Assembly (NCBI GenBank): GCA_019358915.1
Contig: JAHHIM010000055.1
Coordinates: forward strand, 288,001-352,000
Origin: Trichormus sp. ATA11-4-KO1
GTDB lineage: Bacteria; Cyanobacteriota; Cyanobacteriia; Cyanobacteriales; Nostocaceae
Length of the DNA: 64,000 bases
Reading direction: 5' to 3'
The notes under the pieces were generated by a model. The model was not told where the DNA came from. It made no database searches and saw only the letters and a list, made by a program, of their open reading frames with translations. Below are positions 52,086 through 61,887 of the stretch, one piece after another; positions within the stretch are counted from its first letter, which is position 1, and each line of letters opens with the position of its first letter. The position numbers and the translations under genes were made by a program.

Positions 52086-53219
52086 ATGACAGAACCCCAC
52101 CATACACTAGAGCAGCAAAAGAGAGTAACAGAGCTTTGGATGCGTTCGCTAGAAAATCAACTCCGGCAGCAAAGTGTCGATGATGCGAGTATTATCCAGA
52201 AATTCAACGAAATGGCAGAAGCTTTCTGTTTACAAGGGAAAAACTTGCAAGCCGAAGCTTTATGGGTGCGCTCCCTTGATGTTGCTCAACGCTGTTATGA
52301 AGACAACAAGCTAGTGATCGGATTTACTCTCAAAAGGTTGGTGGCGTTTTACCGTTCGCAACAGCGTTACAGTGAGACTGAACCTCTTTTGAAACAATCA
52401 TTGCAGATTTGGCAACATTTGTTTGGCAATGAGCATCCTTTAGTAGCAACCAACCTTAATGATTTAGCTGCGGTTTACCACCGACAGGGACGTTACAGCG
52501 AAGCTGAAAATTTTTATCTCCAAGCAATACCACTTCTATTGAACAAACTAAAAAACGAACATCCTGATACCCAAAACGCTTTGCAAAACTTTCGGCATCT
52601 CTTAAAGCAAGCCGTGCAAGAAAATAGAGTTGCCGAACTCTCTAATCATCCGTTCACGCAGTCGGCACTTGAGAAAGAATTATTAGACTTTCAAGAACGG
52701 CAACCCAACGAGAGACGTACCTTGGTTGTAACTGAACAAGATATTGAGGATCTCAGAAAGCTTACCCTGTCACAAGGAAAGAATACGGGAAATGCTCTCT
52801 TCTGGGTGCAACTGGTAGAAAAAAACCTTCGTCAACAGGGTGCTGACCATCTAAGCGTTGCTAAGGAGCTTAACAATGAGGCAAAAGTCTGCCGTTCCCA
52901 AGGAAAGAACCTGGAAGCCGAAGCCCTTTGGCAGCGATCGCTGGAAATTTACCAACAGCATCTTAACAATGCAGATCCCTATCTGGGAGTAATCCTCAAT
53001 AATTTAGCATCATTTTACCTTTCACAAAAGCGCTACAGTGAAGCCGAATCGCTCTTTCTAGAAGCTATATCCATCCTAATAAAGACACTAGGAAACGATC
53101 ACTCTACCACCGTATCCGTTTGGGAAAACTTCGCTGTACTGTTAGGACTAGTTCAGCATGAAAACCGAGTTGCTGAACTTTCCAACCACCCAATCACGCA
53201 GGCGTTACTTCCTCATTAG
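52086..53219 (+). CDS. TPR protein with internal two-fold duplication
   Basis: QGKNL.AEALW.RSL and ENRVAELSNHP.TQ each occur twice. Confidence 0.85.
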   Translation: MTEPHHTLEQQKRVTELWMRSLENQLRQQSVDDASIIQKFNEMAEAFCLQGKNLQAEALWVRSLDVAQRCYEDNKLVIGFTLKRLVAFYRSQQRYSETEPLLKQSLQIWQHLFGNEHPLVATNLNDLAAVYHRQGRYSEAENFYLQAIPLLLNKLKNEHPDTQNALQNFRHLLKQAVQENRVAELSNHPFTQSALEKELLDFQERQPNERRTLVVTEQDIEDLRKLTLSQGKNTGNALFWVQLVEKNLRQQGADHLSVAKELNNEAKVCRSQGKNLEAEALWQRSLEIYQQHLNNADPYLGVILNNLASFYLSQKRYSEAESLFLEAISILIKTLGNDHSTTVSVWENFAVLLGLVQHENRVAELSNHPITQALLPH

Positions 53220-53374
53220 CGATCGCCAAAAAATCTGGCTTTTTTCACTATCGGTAGACATAGCCGACTAAATCACGTTAATAAACACATTATTTTAGCT
53301 TTTTGGGAAACGACCAAGGGTTGATTGTGAGCAGTTATCAGTATCCAGAAAACTGACTACTGATAACTGCATAA

Positions 53375-55903
53375 TTACACCTCAGCAGGTTGCTGTTCTT
53401 GTTGTCGTTCCACAAACGCTTGAACACGGGAGCGATAGTTTCTCAAAGTCTCATCTACCCAGTCGCGATCGTTGCTATTAGCATACAAATGTACTAAAGG
53501 CTCACTGGCATCTGGTAAAACTAACAACCAACTATCATCGTAGGGTTGGCAAATTTTCACCCCATCGATTAACTCTAAGTTTTGGGCTGGGTGGGTTTCC
53601 ACTAAGTAACGCATCAGCGCGCCCTTAGCTGTCCAAGGACAACGGACTGTATAAGCTTTATGAACCACACGGGGCAATTCTGAACGGGCTGTAGCCAGCG
53701 ATCGCTCCTGAATAGTCAGCATCTCAATGAGCTTGGCAATACAGAACATAGAATCAAATCCCGGATGCAACTGCGGGAAAATAAAACCAGTTTCGCCACT
53801 ACCTCCTAAAACTACATTGGGATTTTTCTGAGAAGCTTCCATCAAGGCTGTAGGATTGGCTTTAGTACGAATTACCCTACCATCGTGGCGGCGAGCAACT
53901 TGTTCCACTGCACTGGAAGCGTGAACTGGGACAACTACCGTACCTCTGGGGTTGGATGTCAATATCATGTCTACCATCAGTGCTGTTAAGGTTTCTCCCC
54001 GGATAGGGTAGCCTGATTCATCAACTAAGATTAGCTGTTCCCCATTAGCTGATACTTGCACACCAAAGTTAGCTTTTAACGCCTCCACTACATGACCTAG
54101 TTGAGTTAGCAGTCCTTCGCGGTCAGTGGTGGACATAGCAGTTTTATTTACACTGGCATTCAACACCACCGCATCAGCACCAAATTTATCTAACATGAGC
54201 GGTAGAACTGCCCCAGACACAGCATAAACATAGTCAATTACCACTTTTGCCCGGCTGTTGCGCAGAGTATCAACATTTAACAGCTTTTCAAAGGCAGTGC
54301 AGTAACGGTCAATTACTTGGCTAGGGTAAGAAACATCGCCAACTTCATGAATTTGCGATCGCCGCATATCTTCTTTAAAGTAAGCACCCTCAATTTTCTT
54401 TTCTAGGGCTTTGGTGATGTTAATACCCTTGGCATCCATAAATTCAATCAGGATATAGTCAGGGCGATCTGGGTGTACCCGCACATGGATGCCGCCAGCT
54501 ACTGACATTGTGGGTATCACTGTCCGCGCTATGGGAATAGCTGTTGCATCCAGGTTTTGAATATCAACACCTACTGACATCAAACCAGCAATTAATGACC
54601 GGGTAACCATACGAGAAATATTACGCTGGTCACGGGAGACAGTTACCTTAGAACCGGGTTTCAAAGTAGAACCATAAGCGGCTCCCAATTTCACAGCAAA
54701 CTCTGGGGTAATGTCAATATTGGCTAAACCTTGGACACCACGTTGCCCAAATAAATTTCTTTGGGCAGTGTTACCCCAAATCAAATTAATGTTTAAAATT
54801 GCACCAGACTCAATTTTCTTACTAGGCCAAACGCGGACGTTGGGGCTAATTTGGGCTTCTTCTCCCACAGTGGAAAGCGAACCAACTACAGATGCTTCTA
54901 ATACATGAGCGCGACGATCTACACGGGTACCACGAGAAATCACGCAAGCACTTAAATGGGCTTCATCCCCAATAATTGACCCATTCCACAAAATCGGCCG
55001 CTTCAAGTTAGCATCAGCGCCAATAGTGACATTATCCCCAATAACAGTTCCCCCCTCAATCTGCACTCTTGCCCCAATGCGGCAATTGTCACCAATAACT
55101 GCTGGAGTTTCAATAGTAGCTGTGGGGTCAATAAAAGTATTTTGGCCTATCCATAACCCATTAGCAACTTCTTTATAAGCAAAGTCAAGTTTTACTTTAC
55201 GATCCAAAGCATCATATTGAGCTTCACGATAAGCATCTAAGTGACCAACATCGCACCAGTAACCTTGGGCAATGTAACCGTACATTGGTTCACCTTTTGC
55301 CAGTAATAAGGGAAATAAGTCTTTAGAAAAGTCGCTTTCAGTGTTAGATGGCAAATATTCCAAAACTTCTGGTTCGAGAATATAAATGCCAGTGTTGACG
55401 GTATCGGAAAAAATTTCACTAGTGGAAGGTTTTTCTAAAAAGCGATTAATATTTCCTTGTTCGTCGGTAATCACCACTCCAAATTCAACCGGGTTGGGAA
55501 CCCTAGTTAACACCAAAGTAGCTTTTGATTGTTTTTGTTTGTGAAATTCGATTGCAGCTTTCAGGTCGAAATCTGTGATACTATCGCCGCTAATCACTAA
55601 AAACGTTTCGTCAAGGAGTTCGGCAATATTTTTCACACAGCCTGCCGTGCCTAACGGCTGGTCTTCTTCGACCGCATAGGTCATCTGGATGCCAAAATCG
55701 CTACCATCTTGAAAGTAATCTCGCAGGACATCTGGTAAATAATGCAATGTCGCAATAATTTCTGTAATTTGATGTCGTTTGAGCAGATTGATGATATGTT
55801 CGGCAATTGGTCTATTTAAAATGGGAACCATCGGTTTGGGCAGATCACAAGTTAATGGGCGAAGTCGCGTTCCCGAACCGCCTGCCATCAGTACTGCACG
55901 CAT
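53375..55903 (-). CDS. Mannose-1-phosphate guanylyltransferase fused to a phosphomannomutase-like domain
   Basis: [23 protein letters not shown], hexapeptide LbH region, [12 protein letters not shown]-like domain. Confidence 0.9.
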   Translation of the reverse strand: MRAVLMAGGSGTRLRPLTCDLPKPMVPILNRPIAEHIINLLKRHQITEIIATLHYLPDVLRDYFQDGSDFGIQMTYAVEEDQPLGTAGCVKNIAELLDETFLVISGDSITDFDLKAAIEFHKQKQSKATLVLTRVPNPVEFGVVITDEQGNINRFLEKPSTSEIFSDTVNTGIYILEPEVLEYLPSNTESDFSKDLFPLLLAKGEPMYGYIAQGYWCDVGHLDAYREAQYDALDRKVKLDFAYKEVANGLWIGQNTFIDPTATIETPAVIGDNCRIGARVQIEGGTVIGDNVTIGADANLKRPILWNGSIIGDEAHLSACVISRGTRVDRRAHVLEASVVGSLSTVGEEAQISPNVRVWPSKKIESGAILNINLIWGNTAQRNLFGQRGVQGLANIDITPEFAVKLGAAYGSTLKPGSKVTVSRDQRNISRMVTRSLIAGLMSVGVDIQNLDATAIPIARTVIPTMSVAGGIHVRVHPDRPDYILIEFMDAKGINITKALEKKIEGAYFKEDMRRSQIHEVGDVSYPSQVIDRYCTAFEKLLNVDTLRNSRAKVVIDYVYAVSGAVLPLMLDKFGADAVVLNASVNKTAMSTTDREGLLTQLGHVVEALKANFGVQVSANGEQLILVDESGYPIRGETLTALMVDMILTSNPRGTVVVPVHASSAVEQVARRHDGRVIRTKANPTALMEASQKNPNVVLGGSGETGFIFPQLHPGFDSMFCIAKLIEMLTIQERSLATARSELPRVVHKAYTVRCPWTAKGALMRYLVETHPAQNLELIDGVKICQPYDDSWLLVLPDASEPLVHLYANSNDRDWVDETLRNYRSRVQAFVERQQEQQPAEV

Positions 55904-56248
55904 AAATCCTCCTTAGCTATTTGCAGCATTTGCTGCTTTCAAACCCATGAGAGTATGTTGTGTATTCTTTCTTTAGTCTCCTATGGATATTGATATTTAA
56001 GGAACTTCCATAAGAAGCATCTGGGGAGACATAAGCAGATTTACTCATTATGCTTATGCTAGCCATCTGTTCAGGGATACTTGAGCAAGTGCTGTCAAGG
56101 CCTGTGGGTGTAGTTGCGCTTCAAGCTTAGCGGGGTTGCTGAGTTATTCTAACAACACTTTACAGACGATAGTGCCTGAAAGTCTTGAGGCAACAAGGAA
56201 CATGCCGCGAAAGAACACTCTTGTGACTTTTTGTCTCTTAACTTAGTC

Positions 56249-56409
56249 AGGACTTACACACAGGTAATGGGAAAACGTTCGCATAGCGTGCGCGTAGCGC
56301 ATACCATGAAGACGCGTAAAGCCTTCGGCATAGCTTCGCTTACCGCACAGCATCTCGAAGAGAAGTACACGAAGAAATAAGAGTTTGAGAGAGTTTTTGC
56401 GTAAGTCCT
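56249..56409. mobile_element. MITE-like element with 12-bp terminal inverted repeats and nested short hairpin repeats
   Basis: AGGACTTACACA (56249-56260) / TGCGTAAGTCCT (56398-56409), one mismatch; internal gcgtgcgcgtagcgcata hairpin. Confidence 0.65.
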
Positions 56410-56642
56410 ATTAGTTTTACTTTGCCTATATTCTATTGTGACAATAGGTACTTAACTTTGGTAAATATTAACTAGCTGCAATACCTGGGTCTAATTTACA
56501 CTGGAATTAGAGAATGTATGATTAAGTGACTCAGATGTTGAATACAGAGGAATTTAGTCCTAAATTCTCAGTGTAGGCTACGCAGTACCTACATGATGTG
56601 ATCATAACTTAACTCAAATTCTGTCAGTTACTAAGGGAGTCG

Positions 56643-56840
56643 ATGGGAATGAGTAACTTAATTGTTTTTGGTTTGATTGTGGTTTATGTAGCCGGTATTT
56701 GGAAGTTCTGGAGTGGGTTTACACGGACTAATTTTAGTCAAACTTTACCTAATCGCCTTGGTTTATCATTACTATGGCCGGCTTTATTTATTGCTAATAA
56801 ATCATATCGACGTAATTTTAGAAAGGCTTTAAAAGGCTAG
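56643..56840 (+). CDS. Small hypothetical membrane protein
   Basis: GGGAG SD; two hydrophobic segments; basic C-terminus SYRRNFRKALKG. Confidence 0.75.
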   Translation: MGMSNLIVFGLIVVYVAGIWKFWSGFTRTNFSQTLPNRLGLSLLWPALFIANKSYRRNFRKALKG

Positions 56841-57083
56841 TGCCACTACGCGGGAGTTAAAAATCAAAAGTCAAAAATTTTTATTATGGGCTTTTGAACT
56901 CTTTGGGATAATTTTCCCTCAGCACGATGGGTTACGTCCTTGCAGGCGATCGCACCTAAGTTACCGAAATTGATGCTCACCAGGATGTAATAATCCATAT
57001 CAGACCTGGGAGACTTGAATGATGTTTCGTCCTGCAATAGCGATCGCCAGTTTCATTTGTGTAATTTCTCTGCCCTCCTTAGC

Positions 57084-57258
57084 TCAAGGAAAACATTGAA
57101 ATATCCATCTTAATGTCGGAGAAAATGTTAGCTTACCTAGTTGATTTTTAATGCCTATTTTGATTCTTTTTAACCTATTTCTCAGTTCCCTTTGTCCAAG
57201 GTTATAAACTAACAAGCACAATGTATTTGTTTTTTAAACTCTACTAATATTTGACCAA
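57084..57258 (-). pseudogene. IS1634-family transposase C-terminal remnant
   Basis: Manual translation 57221->57084: LCLLVYNLGQRELRNRLKRIKIGIKNQLGKLTFSPTLRWIFQCFP*; upstream out-of-frame GQILVEFKKQ. Confidence 0.8.
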
Positions 57259-57379
57259 ATACGGCTTTATCCGCACTTTGAAAAGTCTCTGAAGATGTTA
57301 TCACGGGTGAGACGCAAAAGCTTTTATCTTTCAACATCCGGTAAGCGATCGCCGCGCCGCAAAATATAAGTGTAGTTCA

Positions 57380-58690
57380 TCAAGATTCAGGTACTATCGG
57401 CATACCATCTTTAAGAGTTAACAGTCCTGAGATGACTATTTTATCTCCTGGCTGTAATCCTTCGAGAACTTGGGAATTATCCTCTCTGATATTGCCTAAC
57501 TTTACCCGCCTTTGCCGAGCTACTAGTTGAGATATCCCTTGTGAGGACTCTTCAGTTGCCATTACATAGACAAAAGTTTCCCCAGTTACACGAGACACTG
57601 CTTTAGTAGGAATTAACACCCCAGAACGCTGATTCCAAATTACTCTAGCCCGCACTAATTGATTTGGTTTTAGTTTACCTTGGGAATTATTAAAAAGTAC
57701 TTTGATTAAAATTGATTGCCGCTCCTTATTGGCATTGGGAGCAATTAAAGATACTTGACTAGTATCCAAAACTTGACTTTGCATATTCAAAATCTTGACA
57801 GGCATACCCTCACGTAATTGTGAGCCTTGTTCTGGTGGAACAGAAATATTGACTTCTAAAGGTTGGTTTTGAGAGACAGTAACCAGTGGTGTGAAAGTAT
57901 CCACTAAATCCCCTACTTTCACTGGCATATCACTGACTGTACCGCTAAAGGGTGCTGTTATTCTATAACTCTGGGGCTGGAGTTGTTGTTTTTTAATATT
58001 TGCCTCGGCTTGTTGCAAGGCTTTTTCAGCTTGCATTATAGTGGCTTGCTGCCCTTGAATTTGGGAATTGATTGCACCAAGATTAGCTTTAGCTGTGGCG
58101 AGCCTGCTGGCATACTGATCCCTGGTTTGTCGAGACACAGCTCCTTGAGCTGCTAGGTCAGCATACCTTTGGTAGTCCTTTTGCTTCAATTGCAAATCAA
58201 CAACTTGGGATTGCTGTGCTGCTACCAAAGATTGGAGTTTAGCACGCGCATTTTCCCGTTGTGCCACAGTTGCCTGATTAGCTGCTTTAATTTCACCGAT
58301 TGTTGCTGGTCTAGAATCTACTTGGATAATTGCTGTTCTTGCTGCAACTTGCTCTCCCGCTTTCACAAATATTTGGGTAACTAGACCGGGAATTTTTGAC
58401 TGCATCTGCACTGAACGCTGGGACTCTAGGTTAACAACAAAGTCTGAACTTTCCTCAACTGTGCCGAGTTGCACTGGCGAGACCTTGACTCTTACCCCTG
58501 GAGTTTGAACCTTAGCAGATGGTGCTTGATGTGTAGGAGTGAATACACGCCAAATTATCGCTGTTCCACCCCCGATGATTAGTGTGAAAGCTAATAATAA
58601 TCGCGGCCACCGTCGTTGTTTTGGGGATGAATCAAATGAGGTTTGGGGAAGATTATCTTCAAAATCAGTTTGAGGCTCAGGGGATGTCAT
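57380..58690 (-). CDS. RND efflux periplasmic adaptor (membrane fusion protein)
   Basis: N-terminal TM, lipoyl halves (IPGLVTQIFVKAGEQV; ITAPFSGTV..VKVGD), LIPTKAV, GLQPGDKIV. Confidence 0.9.
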   Translation of the reverse strand: MTSPEPQTDFEDNLPQTSFDSSPKQRRWPRLLLAFTLIIGGGTAIIWRVFTPTHQAPSAKVQTPGVRVKVSPVQLGTVEESSDFVVNLESQRSVQMQSKIPGLVTQIFVKAGEQVAARTAIIQVDSRPATIGEIKAANQATVAQRENARAKLQSLVAAQQSQVVDLQLKQKDYQRYADLAAQGAVSRQTRDQYASRLATAKANLGAINSQIQGQQATIMQAEKALQQAEANIKKQQLQPQSYRITAPFSGTVSDMPVKVGDLVDTFTPLVTVSQNQPLEVNISVPPEQGSQLREGMPVKILNMQSQVLDTSQVSLIAPNANKERQSILIKVLFNNSQGKLKPNQLVRARVIWNQRSGVLIPTKAVSRVTGETFVYVMATEESSQGISQLVARQRRVKLGNIREDNSQVLEGLQPGDKIVISGLLTLKDGMPIVPES

Positions 58691-58941
58691 AGCTTACAGG
58701 GAACCTAACAACAAATGAACTGGAACTAAATCAGGATTTGGTCTTTTGAAACGAAAATTACTGATTTAGCACGAGGCTTCATGACCAATGATGTGTTAAC
58801 TCATCCCAATATACTGGCTGATAGATTTTGTCTAAATCTACCCAAAGGTGAATGATAAAATTTAGGACACAGGGAATGGGAAAACTTTTGTTGAGCATTG
58901 CTATACTTCCCAAGCCTGCGCTGGAGCAGCTTAATCAAAAT

Positions 58942-59084
58942 AATTCGTAATTCGTAGTTAAAAACACATTAATAAATCCCGTGAATGGAAATATTATTTA
59001 TATTTCTCTTTTCACCATTGATAAATTGAGAAAACTGTATCCTGTATCATTAATTACGAATTACGAATTACGAATTACGAATTA
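58942..59084. repeat. Inverted STRR arms (AATTCGT / TTACGAA x4)
   Basis: aattcgtaattcgta ... aattacgaattacgaattacgaattacgaatta; same architecture as 14680-14812. Confidence 0.8.
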
Positions 59085-59085
59085 A

Positions 59086-60024
59086 TCAAAGGCTACCAAT
59101 TGCTTCAGCAAATAGCTGAGAAACAAAAGGTAAAATCTCCCGGTTTTTAGCGTTGGCTTTGCCTTCAGTAAATGCTACTAAAATGTAGGGACGTTGATTT
59201 GGTAACTCAATATACCCTGCATCATGACGAACTTGACTTGTCCAACCTGCTTTTGACCAAAGTTGAGCATTTTGGGGAAGTCCACCACCTAAGAAACCTG
59301 TTACCTGGTCTTCTTCTACATCAGTAGGTAAATCATCTCTTTTGAGACTACGTTTGAGCAAAGCCATCATCGCTTGCGATCGCCCGCTCGAAACTGCCAC
59401 CCCACCTACAATACTATGAAGTAACCTGGCGATCGCATTGGTTGTGACCATATTACGATTGTCTAACATCTCTCCATAAAATGCCCGCTCTCTGCCATAA
59501 GGGCCATCACCCCAAGTTTTTTGACAAACGTTAATTGTCTGTATTTCTTCCCAGCCCAAAGATTGGTAATAGCGGTTGACAATGTTACGCTGATACTTCC
59601 AGGTTTCAAATGGCCCTGTGGGTAACTCTGGTCCGGAGGTCGTACCACTGAGAATATCGACAATTAAGCTGGTAGCGTCATTGCTAGAATCAACAATCAT
59701 ATCGCGCAAGGCTCGTTCCAACTCCTTGGAGTTTGAACTCATGCCTTTTTCTAGCCATTCGTTGACCGCCACCAAATAAAATAGTTTAACTACACTCGCG
59801 GGATAAATCCGCTCAACCCCACGATACGTAAAACCACGTACTTGATGGTTCCAAAAAGCATCAGGAGTCAAAGCGCCACCAGTATTTACAGGTACTGGCG
59901 GATCGTACACAATCCAAGTTAAAGCAACTTGGTTACGGGCTAACGTCGGAAATGCTGCCCAAGTTGCCTCTAAAATGCCATTACCAAGATTTTCGAGTTG
60001 TTCGTCTTTTCTGAAGAAAATCAT
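59086..60024 (-). CDS. Serine hydrolase, class A beta-lactamase-like
   Basis: PASVVK (SxxK), SSNDA (SxN), SKAG; start moved to ATG 60024. Confidence 0.88.
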   Translation of the reverse strand: MIFFRKDEQLENLGNGILEATWAAFPTLARNQVALTWIVYDPPVPVNTGGALTPDAFWNHQVRGFTYRGVERIYPASVVKLFYLVAVNEWLEKGMSSNSKELERALRDMIVDSSNDATSLIVDILSGTTSGPELPTGPFETWKYQRNIVNRYYQSLGWEEIQTINVCQKTWGDGPYGRERAFYGEMLDNRNMVTTNAIARLLHSIVGGVAVSSGRSQAMMALLKRSLKRDDLPTDVEEDQVTGFLGGGLPQNAQLWSKAGWTSQVRHDAGYIELPNQRPYILVAFTEGKANAKNREILPFVSQLFAEAIGSL

Positions 60025-60030
60025 TGAAGA

Positions 60031-60735
60031 ATGCTCTCTAATCCAGAATCCCAAATCCTAAATTTGACATCGGCAGAATACCAGTGTCTCGCTGACCTGA
60101 ATTTATATGATTCTCCTGAATGTACGCGCTTGGCAACTCAAGCCGCTTCTGAGCGACATTTGCGGGTAACATCAAATCATCAGGTGTCAGGAGTCGAGGT
60201 ATGTTTGTGTGAGGATGACTATCCAGGATGGGTATCCTTTGCCGATTTGGGTTTGTTACAACCTGCTACTGTACTTTATCAGGCTAAATCATTTTCTGAG
60301 TCTGATATTAAAAAACTGCTACCAGAGGTCATCGCTTTTACGCAAGCGGCGATGCAACAGTCTAACTATTACCTTTGGGGTGGTACGGTGGGGCCTAATT
60401 ACGACTGTTCGGGGTTAATGCAGGCGGCGTTTGTCTCTGTGGGTATTTGGTTACCTAGAGATGCTTATCAGCAGGAAGCTTTTACTCAGGCAATTGCTGT
60501 GGCTGATTTAGCACCTGGGGATTTGGTGTTTTTTGGTACTCCCCAAAAGGCTACTCATGTGGGGCTGTATTTGGGTAATAATTATTACATTCATAGTTCT
60601 GGGAAAGCCCAGGGACGCAATGGTATTGGGATTGACATGCTCTCGGAACAGGGAGATGCGGTAAGTCAGTCATACTATCAGCAGCTACGAGGTGCTGGCA
60701 GAGTTGTTAAAAGTTACAAACCACAGAGACACTGA
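60031..60735 (+). CDS. SH3b-NlpC/P60 gamma-D-glutamyl-L-diamino acid endopeptidase (C40)
   Basis: EDDYPGW, YLWGG, YDCSG, LPRDAYQQ, PGDLVFF, HVGLY, IHSS. Confidence 0.9.
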   Translation: MLSNPESQILNLTSAEYQCLADLNLYDSPECTRLATQAASERHLRVTSNHQVSGVEVCLCEDDYPGWVSFADLGLLQPATVLYQAKSFSESDIKKLLPEVIAFTQAAMQQSNYYLWGGTVGPNYDCSGLMQAAFVSVGIWLPRDAYQQEAFTQAIAVADLAPGDLVFFGTPQKATHVGLYLGNNYYIHSSGKAQGRNGIGIDMLSEQGDAVSQSYYQQLRGAGRVVKSYKPQRH

Positions 60736-60749
60736 GGACGCAGAGGAAT

Positions 60750-61763
60750 ATGAGGGGTGGATTAATTTCCGACATGATCACGGAGGAGAATGGGGCAATT
60801 TCTGCAAATATCCCCGATGTTTCGGTGGTGGTGCCGGTACGTGATGAGGTGGAAAGTTTACCAATTTTATGGGAGGCGATCGCTTCTAGTATTAGTAATA
60901 GTAATTTGAGTTATGAAATCATTTGTGTAGATGATGGTTCTACAGATGGTTCTGCTGAGTTACTTAAAGAACAAGCACAAATCCGCACTGATTTAAAGGC
61001 GGTGATTTTGCGACGAAACTACGGTCAAACTGCGGCTATGGCAGCTGGGTTTAATTATGCTAACGGTAAAGCGATCGTGACTTTGGATGCTGACCTGCAA
61101 AATGACCCGGCTGATATCCCGTTGTTATTAGCTAAACTGGAGGAAGGTTACGATTTGGTCAGTGGTTGGCGGCATAAACGCCAAGATGCTTTGGTATCAA
61201 GATTAATTCCTTCTAAAATTGCTAACTGGTTGATTGGCAAGGTGACTGAAGTGAAGTTGCATGATTACGGTTGTTCCCTGAAAGCTTATCGTGCGGAAGT
61301 AGTAGCAGATATGAATCTCTACGGGGAACTGCACCGATTTCTCCCAGCTTTGGCTTATATTGAAGGCGCAAGAATCACCGAAATACCTGTGCGTCATCAT
61401 GCCCGACGTTTTGGATACAGTAAGTATGGCATTGGGCGGACGTTTCGCGTCATGATGGATTTGCTCACTATTTACTTTATGAAAAAATTCCTCACACGCC
61501 CGATGCACGTTTTTGGGCTGTTGGGTTTAAGCTCGATAGTTACAGGAACGCTAATTGGTATTTACTTGACTTTTATTAAATTGGCTTTAGGCGAATCGAT
61601 TGGTAATCGTCCTTTGCTGATTTTGGCAGTACTTTTGCTAGTTACTGGGGTGCAGCTGTTTTGCTTTGGTCTGTTGGCAGAGTTACTCATGCGTACTTAC
61701 CATGAATCTCAAGGTCGCCCTATCTATCGAGTACGGGAAATAGTAGCAAAAAACATTAAGTAA
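60750..61763 (+). CDS. GT2 polyprenyl-phosphate glycosyltransferase (ArnC/GtrB-like)
   Basis: VSVVVP, VDDGSTD, RNYGQTAA, DADLQNDP, HDYGC, C-terminal TMs. Confidence 0.9.
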   Translation: MRGGLISDMITEENGAISANIPDVSVVVPVRDEVESLPILWEAIASSISNSNLSYEIICVDDGSTDGSAELLKEQAQIRTDLKAVILRRNYGQTAAMAAGFNYANGKAIVTLDADLQNDPADIPLLLAKLEEGYDLVSGWRHKRQDALVSRLIPSKIANWLIGKVTEVKLHDYGCSLKAYRAEVVADMNLYGELHRFLPALAYIEGARITEIPVRHHARRFGYSKYGIGRTFRVMMDLLTIYFMKKFLTRPMHVFGLLGLSSIVTGTLIGIYLTFIKLALGESIGNRPLLILAVLLLVTGVQLFCFGLLAELLMRTYHESQGRPIYRVREIVAKNIK

Positions 61764-61787
61764 AGTAACAATATATGGAGTGCCTTT

Positions 61788-61867
61788 CTGAGTGCTGAGT
61801 GCTGAGTGCTGAGTGCTGAGTGCTGAGTAAAAAATACTAACCTCTAGCCTCTAGCTTCTAGCCTCTA
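61788..61867. repeat. STRR tandem heptamers (CTGAGTG x~6; CTCTAGC x~4)
   Basis: Directly visible tandem arrays. Confidence 0.9.
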
Positions 61868-61887
61868 TTAATAATGGAATAGTTACT

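Noticed and set aside
59052..61867. Tandem heptamer arrays (59052-59084, 61788-61867) as CRISPR
   Set aside because: No spacers and 7-nt units; these are ordinary STRR repeats. No CRISPR array was seen in the window.
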